Positions 1 to 9,682 of a DNA stretch of 53,286 nucleotides are shown piece by piece (position 1 is the first letter of the stretch; the number at the start of each line of letters is the position of its first letter). A model generated the notes under the pieces. It was not told where the DNA came from and ran no database searches. It saw only the letters and a program-made list of their open reading frames with translations. A program made the translations under genes and the position numbers. Origin of the DNA: Candidatus Pacearchaeota archaeon (GTDB lineage Archaea; Nanobdellota; Nanobdellia; Pacearchaeales; GW2011-AR1); assembly GCA_023136775.1 (NCBI GenBank), contig JAGLQO010000013.1:1-53286 (forward strand), in the 5' to 3' direction.

Positions 1-23
1 GACGAGGTAGGCATATAATTCCT

Positions 24-104
24 AAATCTGTGAGCAAAAATTGTCTTCCTGTTCCCTGTATTAAATCCATTAAATCACCAAAATCCGCGAGCCAATTTGT
101 CTTC
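24..104 (+). repeat. Intergenic repeat family A (ATCCGTG/ATCCGCG-AGCAAAATTG-YCTTC), two partial copies
   Basis: aaatctgtgagcaaaaattgtcttcc at 24 and aaatccgcgagccaatttgtcttc at 81 match copies elsewhere in the window. Confidence 0.75.
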
Positions 105-312
105 AATATTTTTTCTTCCCCTTTGCCTTTCTCTTACTCAAATTACTTTTATCCTTAATCAAATTTCCCATCTTATCTCTTCGTTCTTCACTACTAACCT
201 CATCAACACTACTAGATCTAAATTGCCCACCACGTTTGTAAACTCGATTCTTAGCCTTTCGTTTCAAGTCCCCTTTCGTCCGCCGCTTATCGCATCCACC
301 AAAATCCATCAT
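103..312 (-). CDS. Small basic hypothetical protein (69 aa)
   Basis: ATGA overlap with the stop of the upstream pilin-like gene; K/R-rich; no recognisable motif. Confidence 0.5.
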   Translation of the reverse strand: MMDFGGCDKRRTKGDLKRKAKNRVYKRGGQFRSSSVDEVSSEERRDKMGNLIKDKSNLSKRKAKGKKKY

Positions 313-884
313 AACTTTACCACACTAAATTTATCACCAATCTTTTTTATCAAATATTTTCTTTCAAATTCATAATTAAATCCTAATGGAAAATTAACTC
401 TAGTACTATCCTTAACTCTCATAAAATAATTTTTAGAAATTTTATTCCTTACAAAAATAAATTCACCCTCAATAAACTCAGACTTAATCCTCGGATAAAT
501 TCCATTTTCAATTAAACTAATATCCTTAGATCTTTCCATAATCTCAACACCATCAATTGATAAATTACTAAATAAAAATTCTTTCATATAATCATCGCCA
601 AAAACTCCAGCAACAAAATTTCTACGAAAAGAATCATGAAACTCGTCACTTCCAAAATCTCCTACTGAAGATTCCAACGAATTAATAATCAAGACAACTT
701 CCTTTCCTTCAAAAATTTCCAAAGCATCTCTCTCATTCAAAATATTCATAGGAGAAACTACAGAATTGTGAATACTATGCTGATTAACATAAAAAAGTCC
801 AATAACTGCCCCCATCATAACTATCGCAATCGGAACCATCCATAAAGAAAATATCTGCCCTCTTTTATTTTTTATCATACTCAA
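309..884 (-). CDS. Pilin-like protein with class III signal peptide
   Basis: N-term KNKRG|QIFSLW followed by hydrophobic helix; in overlapping operon. Confidence 0.75.
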   Translation of the reverse strand: MSMIKNKRGQIFSLWMVPIAIVMMGAVIGLFYVNQHSIHNSVVSPMNILNERDALEIFEGKEVVLIINSLESSVGDFGSDEFHDSFRRNFVAGVFGDDYMKEFLFSNLSIDGVEIMERSKDISLIENGIYPRIKSEFIEGEFIFVRNKISKNYFMRVKDSTRVNFPLGFNYEFERKYLIKKIGDKFSVVKL

Positions 885-1149
885 CCCCTAACAAAGCTTC
901 ATCCAAAGATAAATCCTCATCTACCCTAGACCTAGCATCAACCAATTTAATATAATTCTCCATATATCCCGCACCACTTTCTAGTCCCAACGAATCCTCT
1001 TTAAAAACAGATTCTCCCGTATCAAGTCCAATAACCGATCTAAGAAAAGATGCAGAGAATGTAAATATAAGTATTAAAATAGCAATAACGATTGTCGCTA
1101 CAAATGTCGCTGTAAAATTCCCAGTTGTAGCCTTCTTATTATTCATCAT
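865..1149 (-). CDS. Small pilin-like protein
   Basis: NKKA|TTGNF plus hydrophobic helix; overlaps both neighbours. Confidence 0.7.
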   Translation of the reverse strand: MMNNKKATTGNFTATFVATIVIAILILIFTFSASFLRSVIGLDTGESVFKEDSLGLESGAGYMENYIKLVDARSRVDEDLSLDEALLGVEYDKK

Positions 1150-1645
1150 GTTTTATAATAACCTCTACAAGCATATTCCTCTTTAAAATTTCTCCATCTT
1201 TCAAAACATTAACAGAAAATTCTCCATTAAAATAACCCGGTTCATATTTATCTATACTTTTCGTCTTAAGCTTACTCGTATAAATTTTCTTAACCCAAAG
1301 TAATTCCTCGTTTCCTGTAGCAATTTTATCTACGCTATTTTCACCATCAAAAATCTCTAATGAAACAAAAACCTTTTCATTTATTTGAGAATTAAATCCA
1401 CAAAAAGCAAATATATCCTCCCTATCTTCCTCACTTAAAGAATCAATATCGAAAACTCCATCAGATATAACACAATCCATGACAGTCCTAGCTATAAGCA
1501 TACTTTCACTATCTCTGGTATTAACAGTATAATCATAAAACATTCCAGAAACCCCAAGTATAACAAACGCAACAAACGTTACGAAAATAATTTGATACAT
1601 CATAAGCATGGTTTCTCCCATAGCCTCTCCTTTTTTCTTCATCAT
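1139..1645 (-). CDS. Pilin-like protein with class III signal peptide
   Basis: MKKKG|EAMGE then hydrophobic helix. Confidence 0.75.
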   Translation of the reverse strand: MMKKKGEAMGETMLMMYQIIFVTFVAFVILGVSGMFYDYTVNTRDSESMLIARTVMDCVISDGVFDIDSLSEEDREDIFAFCGFNSQINEKVFVSLEIFDGENSVDKIATGNEELLWVKKIYTSKLKTKSIDKYEPGYFNGEFSVNVLKDGEILKRNMLVEVIIKHDE

Positions 1646-1995
1646 GAAATAACCACCAAAAATTTACCTTTCTCGTCGATAACTTTTACATCATATCTAG
1701 AAAAATAAGAATGCCCCTCAAACGAACTAAGCCCATCTATAGAAATAAATATTTTTCCGCCCTCAATATTAACTTTATTAATAATACCATTAACATTTAT
1801 TTTGGAAATCTCAAAACTCATTCCAGGAACACCTGCCTCAATAGCCATGGCAATTTGAGACTCAATTATATCCTGACGAACCCCTCTTCCATCAATCTTT
1901 TTTGCGGTAACTCCAAGGAACATTGTAAAAACAAGCACAACTAAAATTATCTGAACGAGAATACTCTTATCAACATCTCCTCTTTTATTTTTCAT
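1642..1995 (-). CDS. Pilin-like protein with class III signal peptide
   Basis: Start moved to ATG at 1995 (MKNKRG|DVDKSILVQIILVVLVF), 1 nt after the upstream stop. Confidence 0.75.
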   Translation of the reverse strand: MKNKRGDVDKSILVQIILVVLVFTMFLGVTAKKIDGRGVRQDIIESQIAMAIEAGVPGMSFEISKINVNGIINKVNIEGGKIFISIDGLSSFEGHSYFSRYDVKVIDEKGKFLVVIS

Positions 1996-1996
1996 T

Positions 1997-2902
1997 TTAT
2001 GCAGGAATAGACTCCCAATCGCTACAAACTCTAACACTATTTTGAGGAGTAATAAATTCAGCTAACAAGTTAAGCCCACCTGTATCTATCGGAGACAAAG
2101 ACGATATCCAAACTTCACCAAACATATCCAAATCATCTTCTTGTAGAAAAAACATATATGGATCTATAGATCTTTCATCACTTGCAAAACCTTCTTTTAT
2201 AGGCTCTGAATAAGCAAAAAACAAATCGCCTCGCTCTGGAAGAAAATATTTCGGGAATGAAAATGCAGTCTTATCTGTATAAACCTTACTCCAAGAAATA
2301 TCCAAAATTTTATCAACACTAAATCCAGTATCATTCCACCCCTTAATATAATTAAATGCTGTAGGTCCTCTACTTGGATTTAAATAATCCCAAATAGAAA
2401 CATCATAACCATCTAATTTATTATTCAATGCTCTCTTTAAATTAATTCTATTTTCCTCTTCAGAATAAAATTCTCTTACTTCGCTATCCATATGAATCCT
2501 AGAACAAACTATGCAGGGAGTCGCTTTGTCTTTGAGATAACCATTAATTCCTCCAACTCCCGGAAAAACCTTATACCCTCCTCGACCAACCATATACCAA
2601 CAACTACTAATTGTTTCCCCAATTATTTTTTCAGCTTTCTCTTTATTTTTATAATCAATTGTAATAACTTGTGTTTTACATTTTAAATCAAGACCCCCCT
2701 TAGTACTTATCATAACTCCCAAATCTTTTTCAGGAAGAGAATTTCTCATTATCAACGACTCTCTACAAATTTCCCAATCAATATCCTCCGCAGTAAAATA
2801 TGCATTAAACAACCAATAAAAAACTATTACCAAAACTATAAGACCAACTATCAACGACTTAATAATATCATAATCCATCCCTCTTTTATTATATAAACCC
2901 AT
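1997..2902 (-). CDS. Larger pilin-like/minor pilin with Cys-containing domain
   Basis: NKRG|MDYDIIKSLIVGLIVLV; several Cys (ICRES, LKCKT, SSCW, CIVCS). Confidence 0.75.
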   Translation of the reverse strand: MGLYNKRGMDYDIIKSLIVGLIVLVIVFYWLFNAYFTAEDIDWEICRESLIMRNSLPEKDLGVMISTKGGLDLKCKTQVITIDYKNKEKAEKIIGETISSCWYMVGRGGYKVFPGVGGINGYLKDKATPCIVCSRIHMDSEVREFYSEEENRINLKRALNNKLDGYDVSIWDYLNPSRGPTAFNYIKGWNDTGFSVDKILDISWSKVYTDKTAFSFPKYFLPERGDLFFAYSEPIKEGFASDERSIDPYMFFLQEDDLDMFGEVWISSLSPIDTGGLNLLAEFITPQNSVRVCSDWESIPA

Positions 2903-3060
2903 ATTAATTCATACCAAATTAACTTAATAAAACTAACTCTAAAAATAATTATTTTCTAATGGCGATTTATAGAAGCTCTTTCGAGCTTCAATTATTTAAT
3001 GAAGTTCGTTTCACTCACGACGCCATAACTCAATCGCTTCGCTCCTATGCTACAAAAAAT

Positions 3061-3171
3061 TTAACCTAACTTAAGAAAAATATTCCTAAATGCAAATGCC
3101 GCCGCCGCTAAAAGACCCAATATCATTATCCATTTCAAAACCTCATCTGTACCAGCAGCTACTTTATTCAT
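3061..3171 (-). CDS. Unlisted 36-aa mini-pilin-like peptide (MNKVAAGTDEVLKWIMILGLLAAAAFAFRNIFLKLG)
   Basis: Translated by hand; ATG overlaps the upstream stop; NKVA|AGTDE (Glu at +5) plus one hydrophobic helix. Confidence 0.65.
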   Translation of the reverse strand: MNKVAAGTDEVLKWIMILGLLAAAAFAFRNIFLKLG

Positions 3172-3676
3172 CCTTAACGACCTTACTAATTTTATATTCT
3201 TCTTCTTCTCTTATTATATGAATTTTATCTCCAGTTGAAATCGCCCACTGCCCATAATCACCATCATAATTAACAGGTCTATCAAACGATGCACAATTTT
3301 CTTTCTTACAAGCATCCTCCTCACCATCCCAGAAACATACACAAATAGAATTTTTATTATTCATAGAAACAAACCTTCTATCTCCAATATTAAAAGTATA
3401 CTTATCGCCAAAATAGATTAAAAAAACATCTCTCTCGCCTTTATCGTCCATACGTTGCCACATAATAAATTCGCCAATATTTCCCTCGTTCGCCTTAGCG
3501 ACTTCTTTCTCAAATGTTTTAAAATAAGCATCACTAGATTCCTCTACATTCCCAGACCCAAGAGATGAAAAGATCGCTCCCTTAAACACCATTATTAAAA
3601 TAATAAACACCGCAACTCCAATAATGAGTCCTATCATTTCATTAGTCTCAAGACTTCCTTTTTTTACTCTCCACAT
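3164..3676 (-). CDS. Pilin-like protein with class III signal peptide
   Basis: VKKG|SLETNEMIGLIIGVAVFII. Confidence 0.75.
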   Translation of the reverse strand: MWRVKKGSLETNEMIGLIIGVAVFIILIMVFKGAIFSSLGSGNVEESSDAYFKTFEKEVAKANEGNIGEFIMWQRMDDKGERDVFLIYFGDKYTFNIGDRRFVSMNNKNSICVCFWDGEEDACKKENCASFDRPVNYDGDYGQWAISTGDKIHIIREEEEYKISKVVKDE

Positions 3677-5250
3677 TTTTCCACCAAGTATTCATTTATC
3701 TCATTTATCTTCAAAAAATCTTCCCAATCTCCATCTTCCAAGCTAACCCAATCACCAACAATAGACCTTATACTCTTTTTCTCAACTTCTGGAGTATTAT
3801 AATTTCCATAATACGACGGACTACTCGTAGCCGTAGTGCCCCCATATCCAAACTCATCAATAACTTCTGTTTCTTTTTTAGGACTTTCAAAACTTAAAAC
3901 AAATTTACCATCTTCAAAAAATACTCCAAATCTCTCATTTTTATTAGTTTTATTAGTTTCAAAATAAATCACAACTCTTGATCTATCAACATCTTCAAAA
4001 CTATCAACTTCAACATCAAACATCTCCCCTCTTAATTCTACTTGGATATCTTCAGAGTAATCTAAAAAATCCTCAAGCAACTCACTTTGATTTTTCACAT
4101 TATCAGAAAATCCCTTCTCCATTCCCTTAAACCATTTTTCAAATCTGTCTTTAGCCACCTCCTCATTTCTAGAAATTATTCTATGATTACTTACAGGAGT
4201 ATATTCTGCTATTTTTGTATCATTATACCAAAACATCTCAGCACCTTTATTATGTGCTTCGAAAATCTCCTCTAAAACTTTATCCTCAGTAATTTCATTA
4301 AATAATCCAATAAAATTATTTTTCCTCCATTCGCCTTTCCATTCGCCATTTATCTCATAATTTGCATAAGTATAGATTGTATTGATAAACCTGTCTTCAA
4401 TCTCTATGTAAAACATAGCTTTATCCTGATTTATTGCAACATTAATATCACTTCTTCGAGAACCCAACCATCCAATAAATTGATCTTCAGAATATCTCTC
4501 CTCCCTATACTTCTCATTAAAATCTGAAATTGGAATATTAGATTTTCCATCTCCTACATAATTCCAATAGACACTATATCCAAGAACATAAGATTCAAGA
4601 ACATAATCAAGAACATCCTCTTGACTCACTTCATAAGAAACATCATCATATTCAGAAGAATAAGTCCTTAACCAACTCTCACCATCCCAATCATAAACTG
4701 TTGTCCCTTTGTCAACCCCAACTGTAATTCTAAAATAAGCCGAAGAATCAAATTCTAATGGTTTAAAAAATTCCTCTTTAGATTTTTTACTCAAACTCTT
4801 ATCATAAAAATCATTAACAATTTCCATCAATCTATCATATGCATCCTTATGTAATTCTGATATATCAACAGCATTCCCAAAAGCATCCATATTAACAAAC
4901 TTCTCACTTCCAACTTTCAAAGCCGAATGTCCACCAGAAGTAAACATAAATTCCTCATACCCTAAAAGTTCATCAGGCTCATGAAGAATAAATACACATT
5001 TATCTCGACAAGCTTTACTCTCACCAATAACTCCATCGATTTCTCCAATAACTGGCCTAATATAACAACCAACATCTGTTGTAGCATTTCCCCCACCGAA
5101 ACGACCAATGAGCAAAGCAACCCTATCTATTCCCCCTTCAAGATCCTCATATAAAGGACGAAGCCACCCAGAAGTATGTCCCCAAATCAATAAAACAACA
5201 AGTAATACTGTAGTCAACAAATAAACAAGTTTATTTATAGTCATCTCCAT
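3664..5250 (-). CDS. Large acidic pilin-like/surface protein with N-terminal TM helix
   Basis: ATG at 5250 gives MEMTINKLVYLLTTVLLVV, resembling a mature pilin N-terminus; internal degenerate ~100-aa duplication. Confidence 0.7.
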   Translation of the reverse strand: MEMTINKLVYLLTTVLLVVLLIWGHTSGWLRPLYEDLEGGIDRVALLIGRFGGGNATTDVGCYIRPVIGEIDGVIGESKACRDKCVFILHEPDELLGYEEFMFTSGGHSALKVGSEKFVNMDAFGNAVDISELHKDAYDRLMEIVNDFYDKSLSKKSKEEFFKPLEFDSSAYFRITVGVDKGTTVYDWDGESWLRTYSSEYDDVSYEVSQEDVLDYVLESYVLGYSVYWNYVGDGKSNIPISDFNEKYREERYSEDQFIGWLGSRRSDINVAINQDKAMFYIEIEDRFINTIYTYANYEINGEWKGEWRKNNFIGLFNEITEDKVLEEIFEAHNKGAEMFWYNDTKIAEYTPVSNHRIISRNEEVAKDRFEKWFKGMEKGFSDNVKNQSELLEDFLDYSEDIQVELRGEMFDVEVDSFEDVDRSRVVIYFETNKTNKNERFGVFFEDGKFVLSFESPKKETEVIDEFGYGGTTATSSPSYYGNYNTPEVEKKSIRSIVGDWVSLEDGDWEDFLKINEINEYLVEKCGE

Positions 5251-5251
5251 T

Positions 5252-5389
5252 TTATCCAAGCCTCATTCCACGACGCATAGAATCCAAAAGTTCTCCACCA
5301 CGTCCCTTAAATAAATAAATAACGGATCCAATTACTACTACTAAAACTACAATAAAAACAATTATCTTTCCTATCTCCTCAATTTCCAT
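5252..5389 (-). CDS. Unlisted 45-aa pilin-like peptide (MEIEEIGKIIVFIVVLVVVIGSVIYLFKGRGGELLDSMRRGMRLG)
   Basis: Translated by hand; stop 1 nt before the next ATG; hydrophobic helix plus amphipathic tail. Confidence 0.65.
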   Translation of the reverse strand: MEIEEIGKIIVFIVVLVVVIGSVIYLFKGRGGELLDSMRRGMRLG

Positions 5390-5472
5390 TTTATACAATC
5401 GCAAAAAGAAAATACATATCCCCCTTCACAAATAATAGACACTAAATCAATTAATAAATATTCCGAAAATCT

Positions 5473-5799
5473 CTAACAGATATCACAAGAAACAGAAAGA
5501 TTCCCTTCTTCATATAACTCCTTACATGAGCCTTCCGCATTTGGCTTCCCAGAATCCTTTCCGAACTTAAGAATTCTATTTTTCTCACAATAATCATAAA
5601 CATTGTTAGAAGCACAAGCAACCTCGCAACCTCTTGCGATATTGTCAACATTAGAATCTCCACTAGCTAACGGATCGAGAACTCCTCTAAACGCATTCCA
5701 CTGAGTACTAAAACCATAAATCAAAAAAACCAAAAGAGCAACACCAAGTGTAATCGCAATAATTGTCCCAATAGTCATCTCAGCACCCTTCTTATTCAT
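5473..5799 (-). CDS. Type IV pilin (candidate major pilin), first gene of operon
   Basis: MNKKG|AEMTIGTIIAITLGVALLVF; C-terminal Cys residues; TATA box directly upstream. Confidence 0.8.
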   Translation of the reverse strand: MNKKGAEMTIGTIIAITLGVALLVFLIYGFSTQWNAFRGVLDPLASGDSNVDNIARGCEVACASNNVYDYCEKNRILKFGKDSGKPNAEGSCKELYEEGNLSVSCDIC

Positions 5800-5819
5800 A
5801 TCATATTTAAAGCCTTTTT

Positions 5820-5833
5820 ATTTATAAAACTTG
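5820..5833 (-). promoter_or_regulatory. Archaeal TATA box for the pilin operon
   Basis: Minus strand CAAGTTTTATAAAT ~21-34 nt upstream of ATG 5799. Confidence 0.55.
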
Positions 5834-5850
5834 TTATCAACATCTTTGAC

Positions 5851-6420
5851 TTTGTAAAAAATCGTTGACAAATTTTTCGTAAGAAAAATTTAGATTCTAA
5901 ACCACTTACCGACTTCGTCGCAGATGGTTTAATATAATTCCTTTAGAGAAACTAACGTTTCTCATATTTATTCGCTCACTCGGACATAGCCCTTTCCACT
6001 CCACTCCAATTCGTCTCATCGACTTGTCCATTCAATCACGAATTAACATTCACTCCAATAACAAACCTCCATGAGAAATCACCGGCGTTTTTTCCAAAGG
6101 AAAAATCGCTATGAGGGCCTGCCCCAACCAAATTAAATATAGTTACGTGAGGATATTTTTTATGGAAGAGTACTCCCAATTAAAAATAACAAAAGCTACC
6201 AAGCATGTTGGAGCGGAAATTATTTCCGCGATTGAACAGCCAAGTTGGCAGTCTGTGTATTTTTAGGACGGATGTCCGTTAAAAAAATGCCAGCTGCAAA
6301 ATATGAGAATCGAAGATTCTCCAAATGAATTAAATCAAACCATCTGCGACGCTAGTCGGTAAGGGGTTTGGAATCCAAAATCCTGTGTGGATTTTCCCTG
6401 ACGATTTTTTTCACCAGAAA
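5851..6420. repeat. Hairpin-rich element bounded by ~90-bp imperfect inverted repeats (5851-5940 / 6327-6420)
   Basis: gattctaaaccacttaccgacttcgtcgcagatggtttaatataattc vs reverse complement of gaattaaatcaaaccatctgcgacgctagtcggtaaggggtttggaatc. Confidence 0.8.
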
Positions 6421-6426
6421 AAAATG

Positions 6427-8616
6427 TCAATTAGCCATTCCCGCCAACGCCACTGAACCAATTAAAGACAATCCAATTATTGAAGCAGTCGCAACAATAA
6501 CATAAAGAGTAATTGACTTCTTTAAATTCTTCCCAGTCTCTGCCGTAGTCTGCAAAGGATCTCGCCCAGCCTTAATCGTAACAAGAGTCGAAGTCAAAAT
6601 AAAAGTAATCTCAACCAAATAAATTCCAATAATAATCTGCAACCAATACGGAGGAATCATCACAGCAACATCAAACATCTGAAGAAGACTTCCAACATTT
6701 CCCATCCCGCCAAGTCCACCCTCGCCACCACCTGCAAACATCGCCCCAAGATTACTAAGAATCCCTGTAATCATAGCCGCAAGTCCGATAATAATACCAG
6801 ATAAAAGTGGCGCCAAAAATGTCATATTAGATTTCATATCCGAAATAATTTCAGCCAACAAATCATTCAACCTGTCATTAATCTTCTTAATATTTTTCAC
6901 ATAATCACTTATCGCAATCAAAGACCGAGCAGCAACCTGCAAACCCTTCTTAACCGACTCAACCAAAATTCTCATAGAAGTAGAAACAATCTGCGACGGA
7001 TAAAAAATAACTGCCCCCCGTCTCGGATCAAAAAGTGCCCTCTCTAAACTCATGCCCAACTGCTGAATATTTTCATTAACAACCCTAAAAAATCCCTCAG
7101 TAGAAGTTCCCCTAGTTGATTCTAACGTTTTAGCAAATGCAATCTCCGCAGGAAGTCCGTCCCCAACCCTATTCCCCAATTGAAATAACGACGAAGTAAA
7201 TTCTTTCTCAACTTCCTTATACTGATCTCGCGTAGCTATAATATCTTTTGTCCTTTCCCTTGACGCATATATGACAACCATCGCAATAGAAATTGGAATA
7301 AAAAGACTCAAAAGCAAAGCACCCGCCCCAAACGGACCAACAACCTTTCCAGCTTCCGTAGTTATAATTCCGAATACTCCTCCACTCCCCATAAAGCCCA
7401 TCCCTATACTCGCCCAAGTATAATCTCGCGTAGTTCCAAGCAATGTCGGAATAGGAGTATATCTCCAAAGAAGAGGAATAATTCCAAGAATAAACAAAGG
7501 CAACGCCATTAATGCTCCCTTCTTATAAGCTGCATTACTTTTATACCGAGGATACAAAGGATTCTTTTCCAGTAAATCACTCTCTCCATATCCACCAGGT
7601 CTACCTGCCATAGCCTTATCGGTCAAATACATAACCATAAACGGAACCAGAATATTATACACCAAAAGAACCTGATACCATTTTATAGCCCCACCCATCA
7701 TCGTCGACGCCAAAGGCATAATCGCCATAGATAACGTCGGAAGAATAACTCCCAACATATAAACATTAGTAAGTGGCGCCTTCACATCATGAGTATACTT
7801 AAGCATCTTATCATAAACACCATCTAAAATAACCTCTAAAGATTTCTCCAAAATTGTAACCCTCCTAGCCTCACTTGGCTCATATAAACTTGATTCAATC
7901 AAATGAAACGCCTCAACAAATTCTAAACTATAATCTTTCCAACCAAGCAAATAATTATCAAGACTTTCTTTTATCGTAGAATATTTTCCAACCTCAACAT
8001 CCCAAAAAATCTTTCTAAAATCAGAAGACAAAGGTGGCTGCAAATGTTGACTAGCAAACGAAATCGCCTTTTCAAAATTACTAGTATGCTTCATATAAAT
8101 CACAACATACAAAATAGCAGGAACCATCTGCGAACTAGCCTTAAGTCTCCACCTCATCGCTAAATTTTCCGGCATCTTATTTGCATAAAAAAACAAAAAA
8201 ATTCCAAGCATAAAAATCAAAAATAAAAACATCAAAGAAAAAGCTCCAGTCAAAAGCCAAACAGCAGCCGTGAATAAAACTCCGCCAAAAAGAGTAATCA
8301 ACATAAGCATTGTAGAAAAAACCATGACTTCTGACGGAGTAACATTCAAATGAGCAACTTCAATCGCCCTAGAAATTCTCTTCTCATCTTTTTCACCAAC
8401 CTTCATGGTGAACGAATTTCCAAAAGTCTTACACCACCTCTCATAACGACTAAACTCAGGGAGCATAGAATCCTTAAATTTTTCATAACTCTGAGAAAAA
8501 TCCTGACCATTCGCAACTGCACTATTATAATTACCCATCTGAGACTCAATCTTAGCCCCATACTTTTTCAAAACTTCGTCAGTCGTCGGTTTACGCTGAT
8601 TATTATTACGCCCCAT
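6427..8616 (-). CDS. Type IV pilus/T2SS F-family membrane platform protein (TadC/PilC-like, two halves fused)
   Basis: Multi-TM 729 aa with two F-domain-like segments (SQMVPAILY..., EFTSSLFQLGNRVGDGLPAEIA); next to pilins and ATPase. Confidence 0.8.
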   Translation of the reverse strand: MGRNNNQRKPTTDEVLKKYGAKIESQMGNYNSAVANGQDFSQSYEKFKDSMLPEFSRYERWCKTFGNSFTMKVGEKDEKRISRAIEVAHLNVTPSEVMVFSTMLMLITLFGGVLFTAAVWLLTGAFSLMFLFLIFMLGIFLFFYANKMPENLAMRWRLKASSQMVPAILYVVIYMKHTSNFEKAISFASQHLQPPLSSDFRKIFWDVEVGKYSTIKESLDNYLLGWKDYSLEFVEAFHLIESSLYEPSEARRVTILEKSLEVILDGVYDKMLKYTHDVKAPLTNVYMLGVILPTLSMAIMPLASTMMGGAIKWYQVLLVYNILVPFMVMYLTDKAMAGRPGGYGESDLLEKNPLYPRYKSNAAYKKGALMALPLFILGIIPLLWRYTPIPTLLGTTRDYTWASIGMGFMGSGGVFGIITTEAGKVVGPFGAGALLLSLFIPISIAMVVIYASRERTKDIIATRDQYKEVEKEFTSSLFQLGNRVGDGLPAEIAFAKTLESTRGTSTEGFFRVVNENIQQLGMSLERALFDPRRGAVIFYPSQIVSTSMRILVESVKKGLQVAARSLIAISDYVKNIKKINDRLNDLLAEIISDMKSNMTFLAPLLSGIIIGLAAMITGILSNLGAMFAGGGEGGLGGMGNVGSLLQMFDVAVMIPPYWLQIIIGIYLVEITFILTSTLVTIKAGRDPLQTTAETGKNLKKSITLYVIVATASIIGLSLIGSVALAGMAN

Positions 8617-8724
8617 ACTTCACACCTCTAAAATTAAACTTACTCATATAATCACCTAATTAAAACAGGAAAATTAATTATATAAAACTTACTTGAATGC
8701 TAGAGTCAACTTTCTAACTTCATA

Positions 8725-9681
8725 TTAAAATCTTTCTTTTAATTCTTTTATTTTAGAATCAACTTCTTTAGCATTATTCTCATTAAATGAAGCATATTTT
8801 TCATAGTCAATTAAAGCTTTTTTATTTATTTTTAATTTTTCATAATTAGGCAAAAAACTATTTTTCTTCACAATTTTTTCATATGCAAAAGCACGGGCAA
8901 AATATACCCCATCTAAATTTGGGCCTATTTTTATAGCTTTACTGAAATCTAAAATAGATTCTTCATTCATTCCCAATTGAAGTAAAAGAAATCCTCTATT
9001 TTTATACGCTGATATATTTTCAGGATCTAAAATTAATGATTTATCAAGTATCTCACAAGCTTCTATATATTTTTCACTAGCATTTTCATCATCATTTTCA
9101 AGTTTAAATTTATATGCCTGATTCTGAAGACAAATTCCTATATTGCATGCAACAATAGAGGCCAAATCGTTATTCTTTAATCTTTCTCTCTTTGATATAA
9201 ACCCATATCCATTTGGATCTGTGGTTTCTATTGATACATATTTCCCATTTATTTTTGCTTCAAGAGATATGTGTTCTTTAAAATGAATAGCTCTCGTTCG
9301 GATTCCTTTAGATTCTAATAAATAATTAATAACCTGTGGTAGTCCCACGCAATCTCCAATTTTATTCGCTTCACGAAGAATTCTTTCGCAACAATCATAA
9401 AAAGATTTTTGAGAAAAATCGTCTTCAAATCTTGGTTCCATATAAGTACTTATGAACGGAATTTCTAAACTCGAATGAACAAACTCTATTGCTTTTCTCG
9501 CGATATATTCTTCATTCATTACAATAGGCATAGGATTTTTATTTTCGTCATTAACTAAATATCCTTCAAATTTCTCACGAACCAAATGAGGAATTTTTAA
9601 ATTCTCCCCTTCGTTAACTGGATCAATATAAATTAATTTTCGAGCAAGTTCATCGGCTTTATCATGATCATTATTTTTCAT
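8725..9681 (-). CDS. Transglutaminase-like domain + TPR protein
   Basis: GDCVGL...EHISLE...IETT (Cys/His/acid) followed by TPR motifs (AYKNRG, VYFARA). Confidence 0.7.
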   Translation of the reverse strand: MKNNDHDKADELARKLIYIDPVNEGENLKIPHLVREKFEGYLVNDENKNPMPIVMNEEYIARKAIEFVHSSLEIPFISTYMEPRFEDDFSQKSFYDCCERILREANKIGDCVGLPQVINYLLESKGIRTRAIHFKEHISLEAKINGKYVSIETTDPNGYGFISKRERLKNNDLASIVACNIGICLQNQAYKFKLENDDENASEKYIEACEILDKSLILDPENISAYKNRGFLLLQLGMNEESILDFSKAIKIGPNLDGVYFARAFAYEKIVKKNSFLPNYEKLKINKKALIDYEKYASFNENNAKEVDSKIKELKERF

Positions 9682-9682
9682 C

